From an uncultured Nitrososphaerota archaeon (GTDB taxonomy: Archaea > Asgardarchaeota > Njordarchaeia > Njordarchaeales > Panguiarchaeaceae): DNA of 36,140 nt. Where the stretch lies: positions 1 to 36,140 of the forward strand of contig CAZWPQ010000010.1 of the NCBI GenBank assembly GCA_964636085.1. Reading direction: 5' to 3'. Each line of letters opens with the position of its first letter. Positions within the stretch are counted from its first letter, which is position 1. The position numbers and the translations under genes were made by a program. The notes under the pieces were generated by a model. It was not told where the DNA came from. It ran no database searches and was given only the letters and a program-made list of their open reading frames with translations. Below, one piece after another: positions 25,450-34,246 of this stretch.

Positions 25450-26226
25450 TTTTTTAGAATTTACAAATAATCCCATAAATAGGCCAATTATCCCACTCCA
25501 AACACTAAGAGAGCTCGCTAATACCAACATTTCTACGAGCGAGGGCCTGGATGTCATTGCTGTAGCGATTGTAGATCCTATATAGGCCGATATTCCACCA
25601 GCTTTTGCTCTTCCACTTATTATCCCTGAAATAATCCCTATAAGGCAATACTGGGCAAGCATTGCGGGGGTTATCAGGAATAGTTCACCGGGAGGTATGT
25701 TGGCATAGATGTATAGGAATAGTCCGTTAATAATCATAGCAAACACGAATGTTAATGGTATTGAAACTGGTAGGACTTTTTTGTCATCGGATCTTATTTC
25801 TGGTAGGATTCTTGTTGATTTTCTGATTATTTTATTGACTATCCCATTGAGTTTTTTCTCTATGTCCTCGGACAATATGGAGAATCCCTCTACAGCACTG
25901 GCCTCGAGAAGCAACTCTTCTGCTTCATGTACAAAGTTTTTTAGGAAATTTATTGTGGCTTGTCTAGGATCTAGAGCGTCGGATAGAATTGTGAACCAGA
26001 AGATTCTGTCTCGCATTTTTAGAGGAAAGAAGCTCATTGCTATATCTCCAAAATCTATTCTTTGAGGCCTCGCAATTATTTCGTGGCCAAATTTGATGAT
26101 GGCGCTAATGAAACCAGCAATCATTGTTGGCTCATACTTCTTGAGCAAATCTCGTGGTGCTTTGGGATGAAGCCATGAATATACTAGCGTCCCTGAGGAA
26201 TCGATAACGAGTATATTCCATATTAT
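25429..26226 (-). CDS. Longin-like domain protein with four C-terminal TM helices (probable non-canonical ATA start)
   Basis: The frame stays open upstream of the ORF-track TTG (26148), giving IIWNILVIDSSGTLVYSW...EPTMIAGFISAIIKFGHEI...IDFGDIAMSF...FWFTILSD. This beta-beta-alpha-beta-beta-beta-alpha-alpha pattern resembles longin domains. SD-like GTGAGGGG lies 6 nt before ATA 26226. Confidence 0.7.
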   Translation of the reverse strand: MIWNILVIDSSGTLVYSWLHPKAPRDLLKKYEPTMIAGFISAIIKFGHEIIARPQRIDFGDIAMSFFPLKMRDRIFWFTILSDALDPRQATINFLKNFVHEAEELLLEASAVEGFSILSEDIEKKLNGIVNKIIRKSTRILPEIRSDDKKVLPVSIPLTFVFAMIINGLFLYIYANIPPGELFLITPAMLAQYCLIGIISGIISGRAKAGGISAYIGSTIATAMTSRPSLVEMLVLASSLSVWSGIIGLFMGLFVNSKKLTFIPK

Positions 26227-26293
26227 TTTCGACCCCTCACTTCTCCATCCTTGATTAATAAAAATTTGTTTAATAATTATCCAATTAGGGGAT

Positions 26294-27094
26294 ATGAAAA
26301 TGTTGGGCTCTGCCAGTAGTGATATCAGGCGTGCACGATCGGGATTTTATAGTGTGGGTGTGGCCTATGTATTCGCTATAATCACATTAATTGCTGAAGT
26401 TATTTCTGCAATGCTTGTATTGCTCCAGTCATCTGGGCTATTGGAACAAAGTATTGTTATTGATTACATTACGATAAGCTCTCTTATCGCCGCGTTTGTA
26501 TGTGCTGCCATTGCATTGTTTGTTTTAGGTAAGATGATCGTATACATTGTACGGTTATTTATATCGTTATTCTTGGTATGGGTTACGCTTGGATATATAT
26601 ATTATGTGAGTTATTCTAGTAATAGCAGTGAAATGCAGTTGGCATCTATTGTTTCCCTAATACTGTTTGCAGTGATTACCGTGATATTCTATGCATCTGT
26701 TATTATTCAGAAGGGAATGCTTAATCTTATAAATGAATACAAGGTCTCAATAGAGCGTTTAGAAGACCATTTAACTCGTGTTGCACCAAATATCTCTAGG
26801 GATGATGCGGCTCAACTGCTAAAATTTTTGGGAGGAGCCAAGAGGACATGGAGTTCGTTTATTAAAAGTACTGTTGCTGGTTCTGATGTAGCGAGAGTGT
26901 TCTATAAGTCTTTGCTAGTTACTAACATATTCTTCATGACTTCGCTATTCCTGAGTGATATGGGGGTAGTAGATTTTATGAGTACCTATGGCATGGATGT
27001 GTTGATACTGTTGATCGTTTTTACAATTGTTGTCACTATTTTGGATGTTACAAGGGTTGAAAAAATGAGGAAGCGAATCATGGGCCGTGCCTAG
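26294..27094 (+). CDS. Hypothetical multi-pass membrane protein
   Basis: 266 aa: about 4 TM, a soluble helical insert, then about 2 TM. Divergent from the longin-like gene. Confidence 0.8.
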   Translation: MKMLGSASSDIRRARSGFYSVGVAYVFAIITLIAEVISAMLVLLQSSGLLEQSIVIDYITISSLIAAFVCAAIALFVLGKMIVYIVRLFISLFLVWVTLGYIYYVSYSSNSSEMQLASIVSLILFAVITVIFYASVIIQKGMLNLINEYKVSIERLEDHLTRVAPNISRDDAAQLLKFLGGAKRTWSSFIKSTVAGSDVARVFYKSLLVTNIFFMTSLFLSDMGVVDFMSTYGMDVLILLIVFTIVVTILDVTRVEKMRKRIMGRA

Positions 27095-27705
27095 TATTTC
27101 ATCATTTTTTCCCACTTCTTGATTATGGCTTCTCCGATAGCTCTAGCCATCCCCACTTGGATCTTTCTGGCCCTCTCAGCTCTCTGTCGCCAGTATTCTG
27201 CAGGTACAATAACACTATGCCCAGACGGATCTTTTAATAGAAGTGTAAGTTTACCAGAAGGTTTCTCAATTTCTTTCTCTAGGAGTTTAATTATATTTTT
27301 GGCCTTAGTTTTGTCCTCCGCATATTCTAGCAGTGACCGTGTTGCCTCTAAAATCTCTAGGAGTATTCCCTCTATTGTGGTTATATGTGATGCGTCAAAG
27401 TTTCTAATTTCAATTTCGGCTCCTATTTCGGGTATTATGATTGTTGCACCTGCACTAGCGCATACAAGATTATTTATCGTATCTTCAGAGATCTTTATTG
27501 TGTGTAATTGCTTATAGTTTCCCTTATCCATTATTGTCCAGATATCTGATACCTTAAATTTGCAAGTGTTACATATAATAGTGGTGATGAGTAACTGGCC
27601 TATGTAGGGGATGTTGATGTTTTTGTATAGCATTAAAAGTGTATCTTTTTTACAAAATGGACAGTTAATTTTTAGATTAGTTGTTTCAAACTGTGTATAA
27701 CTCAT
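27091..27705 (-). CDS. ZPR1-type zinc finger protein
   Basis: CPFC...IPYIG...CNTC, IIIPEIGAEIE, ITTIEGIL, LLLKDPSGHS. Confidence 0.92.
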   Translation of the reverse strand: MSYTQFETTNLKINCPFCKKDTLLMLYKNINIPYIGQLLITTIICNTCKFKVSDIWTIMDKGNYKQLHTIKISEDTINNLVCASAGATIIIPEIGAEIEIRNFDASHITTIEGILLEILEATRSLLEYAEDKTKAKNIIKLLEKEIEKPSGKLTLLLKDPSGHSVIVPAEYWRQRAERARKIQVGMARAIGEAIIKKWEKMMKY

Positions 27706-27729
27706 AAATATCCACCATGGTAAGTTCCA

Positions 27730-29712
27730 ATGAGTGGTATTCCCGACAATGTTAAGCAGAGATTATGTGAAATTTTAAAGATAAGCTTAGATGAGCTGGA
27801 CACTAAGATTAAAGATGTAACTAGGAAACATGATGTAGACGAGGTCGTTGCTGTTATTCACATATTAACGAAGGAGGGACTTATAGAAGTTGCAAGAGAT
27901 ATAATTGAAGATCTGCTCCTAAAAAGAAGTGTAGCACGGTTATCTGATCTAAAAATCGGCATGAAAGATATGACTATTGTTGGCCGCCTAGAAATATTGA
28001 AGGTTTTTGAATCCTCCGATAAATACTATGGAGTGATTCTTATTAGTGATGGGAAGACGTTCGGACAGATCTACATACCCAAAAGCTTGGCTAGCATTGT
28101 TCCAGAAGACTTAGCATTAAATGATATAGTGCTTGTGACAAAAGTTAATGTTGCTAGTATTCTAAAGAATAAAGTTTTAAGACTCTATCTGTCAGAGAAC
28201 GGCAAAATCGTAAAACTGTCTCCCGACAAAGCTAAAGAAGTAATGGGGACTGTTCCTCCACCAATACACATATATGGCGTAGCAGACCTACAGAGTGTTG
28301 ATGAAGGTGACTCTGCATATTGCCATATAAGGGGTATCCTGGTTAGGATTATAGGAGAAAAAAAATTCAATAATGCTAAATATAGCCAAGAGAATCTTCT
28401 TGTTCTCCTTGGCGACATCGAAAGTTTTTGTACTCACAGAATTTTATGCGTTTTGAGTGGCCGGGCAATTGATGAATTTAATAAGAACAAGCCTCTGCCA
28501 GGTGACATAATAGTAATTCATGGTGCCGTCGTCAGAAAACGGGAATCTAGATCATACGTTGTTGCTAGGAATATGGCTGTGATTGAGAAGATGGAGCCAC
28601 AACCAATTTCTCCAAGCGAGATAATGGAAGGTGGGATGTATTTGTTTAGGCTCTATGTGAGGTCATATCCAAGGATAAGGACATATTTAAAAGATTCAGG
28701 AGAATATAGATATGCTACCTTTCTCTGTAGTTCAGAATCCGATCAAAACGTTAGGGTTGTTGTGTGGAACGAATCATTGTTGGAAAAGGTTTCCAATCTC
28801 AAAGTTGGTTACATGGTTCGAATATGTGGTCTGGTTAGAAAGGGGACGCAGGTTGTGGAGATACATGTCCATAAAAATACTGGCGATATATCGGTAATTA
28901 GTACTGAAGAAAAACCCATATTTCCTATGTCAAAACGCGCTATTACAAGCATCTCTGACTTCAAACCTAACACGTTTGTTAATGCTATCTTAAGACTAGA
29001 TGATGTCAAGGAAATAGGAAGTGAAAAGCTAGCAGGTATTGTGACATTAACTGATGGGCTAGATAGAATAAAAATGCTGGTATGGGATAAGGACATGATT
29101 AGTAGGTTTACCAACCTAGTTGGAGATCTTATCCTTGTTAGAAATGCAAGAGTTACAGTCGAGAGAGATGTTGGTAATGTTATTCTCGCCACAACTAGGA
29201 AGACGGAGATAATTGAGTTAGCCAAAGATTTCAAGTATTGGATCCCTAAAGAATATCTAAGAAAAATAGGGCGATTTTGGATGATCTCGGATATTGAGCT
29301 AAATGTGGATTGTACAATTTCAGGAACAATAGTTAGGCTAGATTGGGTGGGGAAAATGTATTTTTGTAAAATATGTGGAGGCCTAATAGTGAACCCAGAA
29401 AAGGGAATATGCGAACTTGGTCACGTGGGAGATATTGTGGAAAAAACTGTTGTTTCAATCATTATTGATGATGGATTCGGAGAAATTAATGCCATTATAC
29501 CGAGTAGCGTCTTGAGAGTTGAAGAAGCTTCCACAGGCCTCGATGCTTCTCTATTAGGAACTCAAGTTTTTTTAAGTGGAATCCTAAAGATCGATTATAG
29601 CAGTGGCACTCCAGTGAAGGTCTTTATGGTCGAAAAACTAGAAGAGGAGAATGGGATCAAGTTTTTCCTCCAGAAAATGATAGACTATGAAAAGCAATTG
29701 CTTCAAAAGTAG
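27730..29712 (+). CDS. rpa: Replication protein A large subunit (multiple OB folds plus Zn finger)
   Basis: Repeated OB-fold signatures (LSDLKIGMKDMTIVG, VRVVVWNE, LTDGLDRIKMLVWD, IIIDDGFGEINA), C-terminal CKIC...CELGH Zn finger and an N-terminal helical domain. Confidence 0.82.
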   Translation: MSGIPDNVKQRLCEILKISLDELDTKIKDVTRKHDVDEVVAVIHILTKEGLIEVARDIIEDLLLKRSVARLSDLKIGMKDMTIVGRLEILKVFESSDKYYGVILISDGKTFGQIYIPKSLASIVPEDLALNDIVLVTKVNVASILKNKVLRLYLSENGKIVKLSPDKAKEVMGTVPPPIHIYGVADLQSVDEGDSAYCHIRGILVRIIGEKKFNNAKYSQENLLVLLGDIESFCTHRILCVLSGRAIDEFNKNKPLPGDIIVIHGAVVRKRESRSYVVARNMAVIEKMEPQPISPSEIMEGGMYLFRLYVRSYPRIRTYLKDSGEYRYATFLCSSESDQNVRVVVWNESLLEKVSNLKVGYMVRICGLVRKGTQVVEIHVHKNTGDISVISTEEKPIFPMSKRAITSISDFKPNTFVNAILRLDDVKEIGSEKLAGIVTLTDGLDRIKMLVWDKDMISRFTNLVGDLILVRNARVTVERDVGNVILATTRKTEIIELAKDFKYWIPKEYLRKIGRFWMISDIELNVDCTISGTIVRLDWVGKMYFCKICGGLIVNPEKGICELGHVGDIVEKTVVSIIIDDGFGEINAIIPSSVLRVEEASTGLDASLLGTQVFLSGILKIDYSSGTPVKVFMVEKLEEENGIKFFLQKMIDYEKQLLQK

Positions 29713-29815
29713 CCCATTAAGAATTCCTGGAGCCTAAACAGTACGAAAAAGATTCACTATTCATAGAACTCAATCCGTTTTATACGCTTTTTTATAAAAT
29801 TACTTTGGTGGTTGT

Positions 29816-30733
29816 ATGGACACCAGAAGCCCAGCAGTTGCGGGATTTTTCTACCCAGCCAAGCGTGACAAACTGTTAGAATCTCTGAAATGGTGCTTTA
29901 AGCATAACTTGGGTCCAGGTATGCTACCCGAAGAGGTATCTTCCGAGAACAAGTATAAAATCAAAAGTGCAGTCGTTCCTCATGCTGGATACATCTATAG
30001 TGGTCCTTGTGCAGCTCACACATACCTAGCAATAAAGGAAGACCGCATACCAGATACGGTGATATTGATAGGTCCTAATCACCGGGGACTAGGTGCACCA
30101 GTCGCAGTATATCCTAGAGGAATATGGAAAACCCCCATAGGGGATGTAAATGTCGATGAAGAAATAGCTACAAAACTTATAGGCTATGAGGTTTTCTCAT
30201 CAGATATAACGGCTCACTTAGAGGAGCACTCTCTTGAGGTTCAGTTGCCGTTCATGTTGTTTACTTTTCAGAAGGAGTTTAAAATTGTCCCTATAACAAT
30301 GATGGACCAGAGATTAAGGACAGCTAGAGAGATTGCGGGGATCATTGCGGATATTATGGATGAATCATCGAAGGATATAATCGTGATTGCCAGTAGCGAT
30401 ATGTCCCATTATGTTCCTCATGAAGAGGCCTATGACAGGGACTGGATGGCGCTAGAAAAAGCAGAACGTTTGGATGTAGAAGGATTTTATGAAGTTATCG
30501 AAACAGAAAATGTATCTGCATGCGGTGTAGGCCCCATAGCCATAGCGATGTTGGTAGCTAAGTTTTTTAATAAGAGGGGCGCGGTTCTTCAATATTATAC
30601 AAGCGGCGATATAACGGGGGATAAGGGACTCGTTGTTGGTTATGCGAGCATTATATATGGGGATCTAATGATAATTCCCAGGAGAGCCAAACGGAAGAAG
30701 GAGGCAATATATGAAGCACCGCTGATAGCATGA
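29816..30733 (+). CDS. MEMO1 family protein (AmmeMemoRadiSam protein B)
   Basis: RSPAVAGFFYP, VPHAGYIYSG, GPNHRG, EHSLEVQLPF, ASSDMSHY, SACGVGP, VVGYAS. Confidence 0.95.
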   Translation: MDTRSPAVAGFFYPAKRDKLLESLKWCFKHNLGPGMLPEEVSSENKYKIKSAVVPHAGYIYSGPCAAHTYLAIKEDRIPDTVILIGPNHRGLGAPVAVYPRGIWKTPIGDVNVDEEIATKLIGYEVFSSDITAHLEEHSLEVQLPFMLFTFQKEFKIVPITMMDQRLRTAREIAGIIADIMDESSKDIIVIASSDMSHYVPHEEAYDRDWMALEKAERLDVEGFYEVIETENVSACGVGPIAIAMLVAKFFNKRGAVLQYYTSGDITGDKGLVVGYASIIYGDLMIIPRRAKRKKEAIYEAPLIA

Positions 30734-31194
30734 TCCCAATAAAAATTAGGAAAGCCGATCTCGGGGATATAAAAGCTATAGCGAACATAGAGGATCTAAG
30801 CTTTGAATACCCTTATCCTAAAGAGTATCTGATATACCTATTACGTAGATGTGAATTTTTCTACGTGGCGGAGCTATCATGTCATAGATCGATAATCGGT
30901 TATGTCTGTGGGGATTTAGAATATAGGAGAGGTAGGGTCTCTGGACATATATATTCAATTGCTGTTCATCCAATGTTCAGGAAGAAGGGAGTAGGAACAG
31001 CTCTTATGGAAGTGATAATAAGATCGTTTATGAATGCTCGAGCGCATGAGGTATATCTTGAATGCAGAAAATCAAATTTAATTGCTCAGCGATTTTATAA
31101 GAAACTAGGATTTAGCCCAGTAGGAGTAATTAAAAGCTACTACACCAATGGGGAGGATGCGATTATTTTTAAAAAAGATTTAGAGAGAGAATAG
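30730..31194 (+). CDS. rimI: GNAT N-acetyltransferase, RimI/Ard1 family
   Basis: GHIYSIAVHPMFRKKGVG, YLECRKSN, AQRFYKKLGF, YYTNGEDA. ATGA overlap with the MEMO1 gene. Confidence 0.88.
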   Translation: MIPIKIRKADLGDIKAIANIEDLSFEYPYPKEYLIYLLRRCEFFYVAELSCHRSIIGYVCGDLEYRRGRVSGHIYSIAVHPMFRKKGVGTALMEVIIRSFMNARAHEVYLECRKSNLIAQRFYKKLGFSPVGVIKSYYTNGEDAIIFKKDLERE

Positions 31195-31206
31195 AGGAGA
31201 GTAAAG

Positions 31207-31605
31207 ATGAGTTTTGGGTTGGAAATAGAGATCTCCAACGTGAGGCTAAAGGAACATGTAAGAATTGAGAGAAGTGAAAAAGGTCATAGGCTTTCCTTCG
31301 CTCCGTTTCCATTCAGCGAGATAATAGTGAAGGGCAATAAGTTCATTGGTAGGCTGTTAACTAGATTCTCCAGTCTAGATGGCGTTACACCAAATCTTAA
31401 TGCTATATTAAGGGCCATCGAAACTTTCTCTGAATATGATACATTAAACCTGAAGATTGGGACCTTCTATGAGCTCCAGATAGACAAGAGGAGGGGGATC
31501 GTCACGGCGATAGGTCTGGCAGATATGAGAAGGAAGGTGTTTAAGCTATCTGATATACAAAAGCTAGAGTTGGGGAAGATATGGAGAAAAATCTATGAAT
31601 TCTAG
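31207..31605 (+). CDS. Hypothetical protein
   Basis: 132 aa with a GAGGAG SD, third gene of the MEMO1-rimI run. No motif recognised. Confidence 0.7.
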   Translation: MSFGLEIEISNVRLKEHVRIERSEKGHRLSFAPFPFSEIIVKGNKFIGRLLTRFSSLDGVTPNLNAILRAIETFSEYDTLNLKIGTFYELQIDKRRGIVTAIGLADMRRKVFKLSDIQKLELGKIWRKIYEF

Positions 31606-33407
31606 GATCCCAGATAATAGTACTCGCCCCTTGATTTTTGTTCCATGTCTAATCTTGAGCCTATCTTATTGATTCTTGGTCTATATGTATCAGGATCTCT
31701 TCTAAACGTGATATCCAGATATTTAAGGAATCTATTCATACCGCTTCGCAAATCCATTGGTTCCAACGCCAAGCCCAATTTGCCAGGAACTCCCTCAAAC
31801 ACCATAATTCTGTCACTGAGATAGTCAAGGAGGAGGATATCATGTTCAACAACTAGGGTACTGCATCCTTTATGTTGCACAAGTTCTCTTATAGCCTTAG
31901 CTATCAAGAATCTATCCTCCGAAGATATGTATGCTCCTGGCTCATCTAGGACGTAGATATCAGCATTTTTTGCGAAGCATGATGCTATCGCTACTTTTTG
32001 TAACTCTCCACCAGATAAATTATCAAGTGTTCTATCCAATAGGTACTCTAGATTGAAAGGCTTCATGACGAATGTCCTGAACCATTTATCCGATAATGCA
32101 TGGGGATTTATTTCTCTGATGACTTCGCTAACCATCATCCATGATTTCTCTCTATAAAATTCCTCAAGGTATTGGGGTTTATATGATATCGTGATGTCTT
32201 CTGGCGGCTTATAGTTATTGTTATCGGGTTTTATCTCTCCTATGATGAGTCTAAGGAATGTTGTCTTTCCGATGGAGTTCGGTCCTGCTATCCCAATGAC
32301 CTCGCCACCATAGAATTGCCCTGGTTTGACCTTAAGTGTGAATCCGTTCAGCGATTTTTGCATAGCAGGGTATCTTATTATGATGTTCTCTCCACTAACA
32401 GAAGCTTTAGGCGCATATACCTTAAATTTTATTGGAGTGTCCCTAAAGAGAACATTCTCGACGGGATCATAGCCCTCAAGAAATATGTTTATCCCCTCCC
32501 TTGCTCCTTTGGGTTTTGTAACGATCCCAAAGGCACCAGGGATACCATAGTAGATGCATATTTTGTCGCTAAGATAATCCAACATAGCTAGGTCGTGCTC
32601 GGCTACTACAACTGTTTTAGAATGGTTTTTTGCGAGTTCATATATGATTTTAGAAACACGAAGTCTTTCCCTTATGTCTAAATAGGATGATGGTTCATCG
32701 AAAAGATACAGATCGGCATCCTTGATTATGGCCACTGATATCGCTAGTTTTTGTAGTTCTCCTCCAGATAGATGAGATGGCGTCATATCTAGGATGTGCC
32801 TAAGGTTAAGTTCGTCAGTAATATATTCAGCTATGCCTCTTTCATCGCGCCGAATTAAAATATCCCTAATAGGCTCCTTGATGATATAGGGGATTTTGTC
32901 GATATGCTGTGGCTTATAAACTACCCGTAATTTTCCATTCGCTATTGCCTTGAAGTGATCTTGAAGAGTCGTACCTCTAAAACGCTTAATTATTTCATCA
33001 TAACTGGGAGGATTCTTGTAGTCACCAAGATTAGGTTTTATTATTCCTGCCAATATTTTTAGTGATGTTGTTTTACCAGTGGCGTTTTGTCCAACAAGCC
33101 CCGTAACTTGGCCAGGGCTTATAATGGGCAACCTGTACAGTTCAAATTGATTTGCCCCATAACAGTGGACAATTTCGTCTTCAATAGGTGCGGGGAGTTT
33201 AGCGATTTTAATTGCCTTAAAGTTGCATGCTTTTACACACAGTCCACATCCAATGCATAGTTTTTCATCAATGAGAGGATAACCATCCTCGGAGATTTCA
33301 AATACCTTCTTTCCTGCTCTCTGTGGCGGGCATACTCTCATACAATTGTATGGACATTTTTTAGGATTACATCGATCTCTATCTATTATTACTATCCGTT
33401 TTGTCAT
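31602..33407 (-). CDS. rli: Ribosome recycling ATPase ABCE1/Rli1
   Basis: N-terminal Fe-S domain (CNPKKC...C...CP; CIGCGLCVKAC), two ABC cassettes (GQNATGKTT, LSGGELQ, DEPSSYLD; GPNSIGKTT, LSGGELQ) and a C-terminal TFRRD...RPRINK. Confidence 0.96.
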   Translation of the reverse strand: MTKRIVIIDRDRCNPKKCPYNCMRVCPPQRAGKKVFEISEDGYPLIDEKLCIGCGLCVKACNFKAIKIAKLPAPIEDEIVHCYGANQFELYRLPIISPGQVTGLVGQNATGKTTSLKILAGIIKPNLGDYKNPPSYDEIIKRFRGTTLQDHFKAIANGKLRVVYKPQHIDKIPYIIKEPIRDILIRRDERGIAEYITDELNLRHILDMTPSHLSGGELQKLAISVAIIKDADLYLFDEPSSYLDIRERLRVSKIIYELAKNHSKTVVVAEHDLAMLDYLSDKICIYYGIPGAFGIVTKPKGAREGINIFLEGYDPVENVLFRDTPIKFKVYAPKASVSGENIIIRYPAMQKSLNGFTLKVKPGQFYGGEVIGIAGPNSIGKTTFLRLIIGEIKPDNNNYKPPEDITISYKPQYLEEFYREKSWMMVSEVIREINPHALSDKWFRTFVMKPFNLEYLLDRTLDNLSGGELQKVAIASCFAKNADIYVLDEPGAYISSEDRFLIAKAIRELVQHKGCSTLVVEHDILLLDYLSDRIMVFEGVPGKLGLALEPMDLRSGMNRFLKYLDITFRRDPDTYRPRINKIGSRLDMEQKSRGEYYYLGS

Positions 33408-33497
33408 GGCATAATACCTCTAGAGTTTATTGCATTATTAATTTTCAGAAAAAATTGATTAAACGAATATTTGGATCTATTAACCGAGGTTGTGTTT

Positions 33498-34238
33498 ATG
33501 AGGACTATTGTGATTATTGGCCCAGCGGGTTCTGGGAAATCCCTGTTGGCAGGGGCGCTTTGTCATCATTTAAGAAATAGCGGATTCGACGCTTTAATAT
33601 TAAATCTGGATCCTGCAGCGATAGCGTATCCCTATGATCAACCAGATATAAACATAAGGAGATACGTCAGGACAGAGCGCGTAATGAGGAAGTATGGACT
33701 TGGCCCTAATGGGGGTTTAATAGCATCAATGGATATAGCTGTTAGATTTTCTAAACATCTTAAGAGAGAGATTGTCTCTATGGCGCCTGAGATCATGATT
33801 GTTGATACTCCAGGTCAACTTGAGATTTTTGTTTATAGACAAGCAGGGGTTTCCTTATTAAAAGAAGCAGTTCTAGATATTGTTGATAATAATTCGATGG
33901 CTATATTTTTATTTGATCCCTTTTTGTGTGATTCTCCAAGCTCAATGTTATCTCTTTTATTGCTTGCAACGAGTACATTTCTCAGGATAAAAATACCTAT
34001 GATTGGCGCTCTAACAAAGACTGATCTTTTAGGTGCAAAAGAGAAAAAGAGGATATTGGACATGCTGAATGATCCGAAGCAGATAATTTCAAGTGGGGAG
34101 ATTGGTGGTATATTATCTGCTATTAGGAGGATAAATCCTTGGGCCATAAAATTTGATATATGGCCAATATCCAGCGTTACGGGGGATGGGCTTAGTGGTC
34201 TAACAATGAAGATCGAGGATATTCTAGGGGAGGAATAA
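33498..34238 (+). CDS. GPN-loop GTPase
   Basis: GPAGSGKS, NLDPA, YGLGPNGGL, DTPGQLE and TKTD. ATG 33498 follows GAGGT; the ORF extends to 33471. Confidence 0.93.
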   Translation: MRTIVIIGPAGSGKSLLAGALCHHLRNSGFDALILNLDPAAIAYPYDQPDINIRRYVRTERVMRKYGLGPNGGLIASMDIAVRFSKHLKREIVSMAPEIMIVDTPGQLEIFVYRQAGVSLLKEAVLDIVDNNSMAIFLFDPFLCDSPSSMLSLLLLATSTFLRIKIPMIGALTKTDLLGAKEKKRILDMLNDPKQIISSGEIGGILSAIRRINPWAIKFDIWPISSVTGDGLSGLTMKIEDILGEE

Positions 34239-34246
34239 TGTGAATG

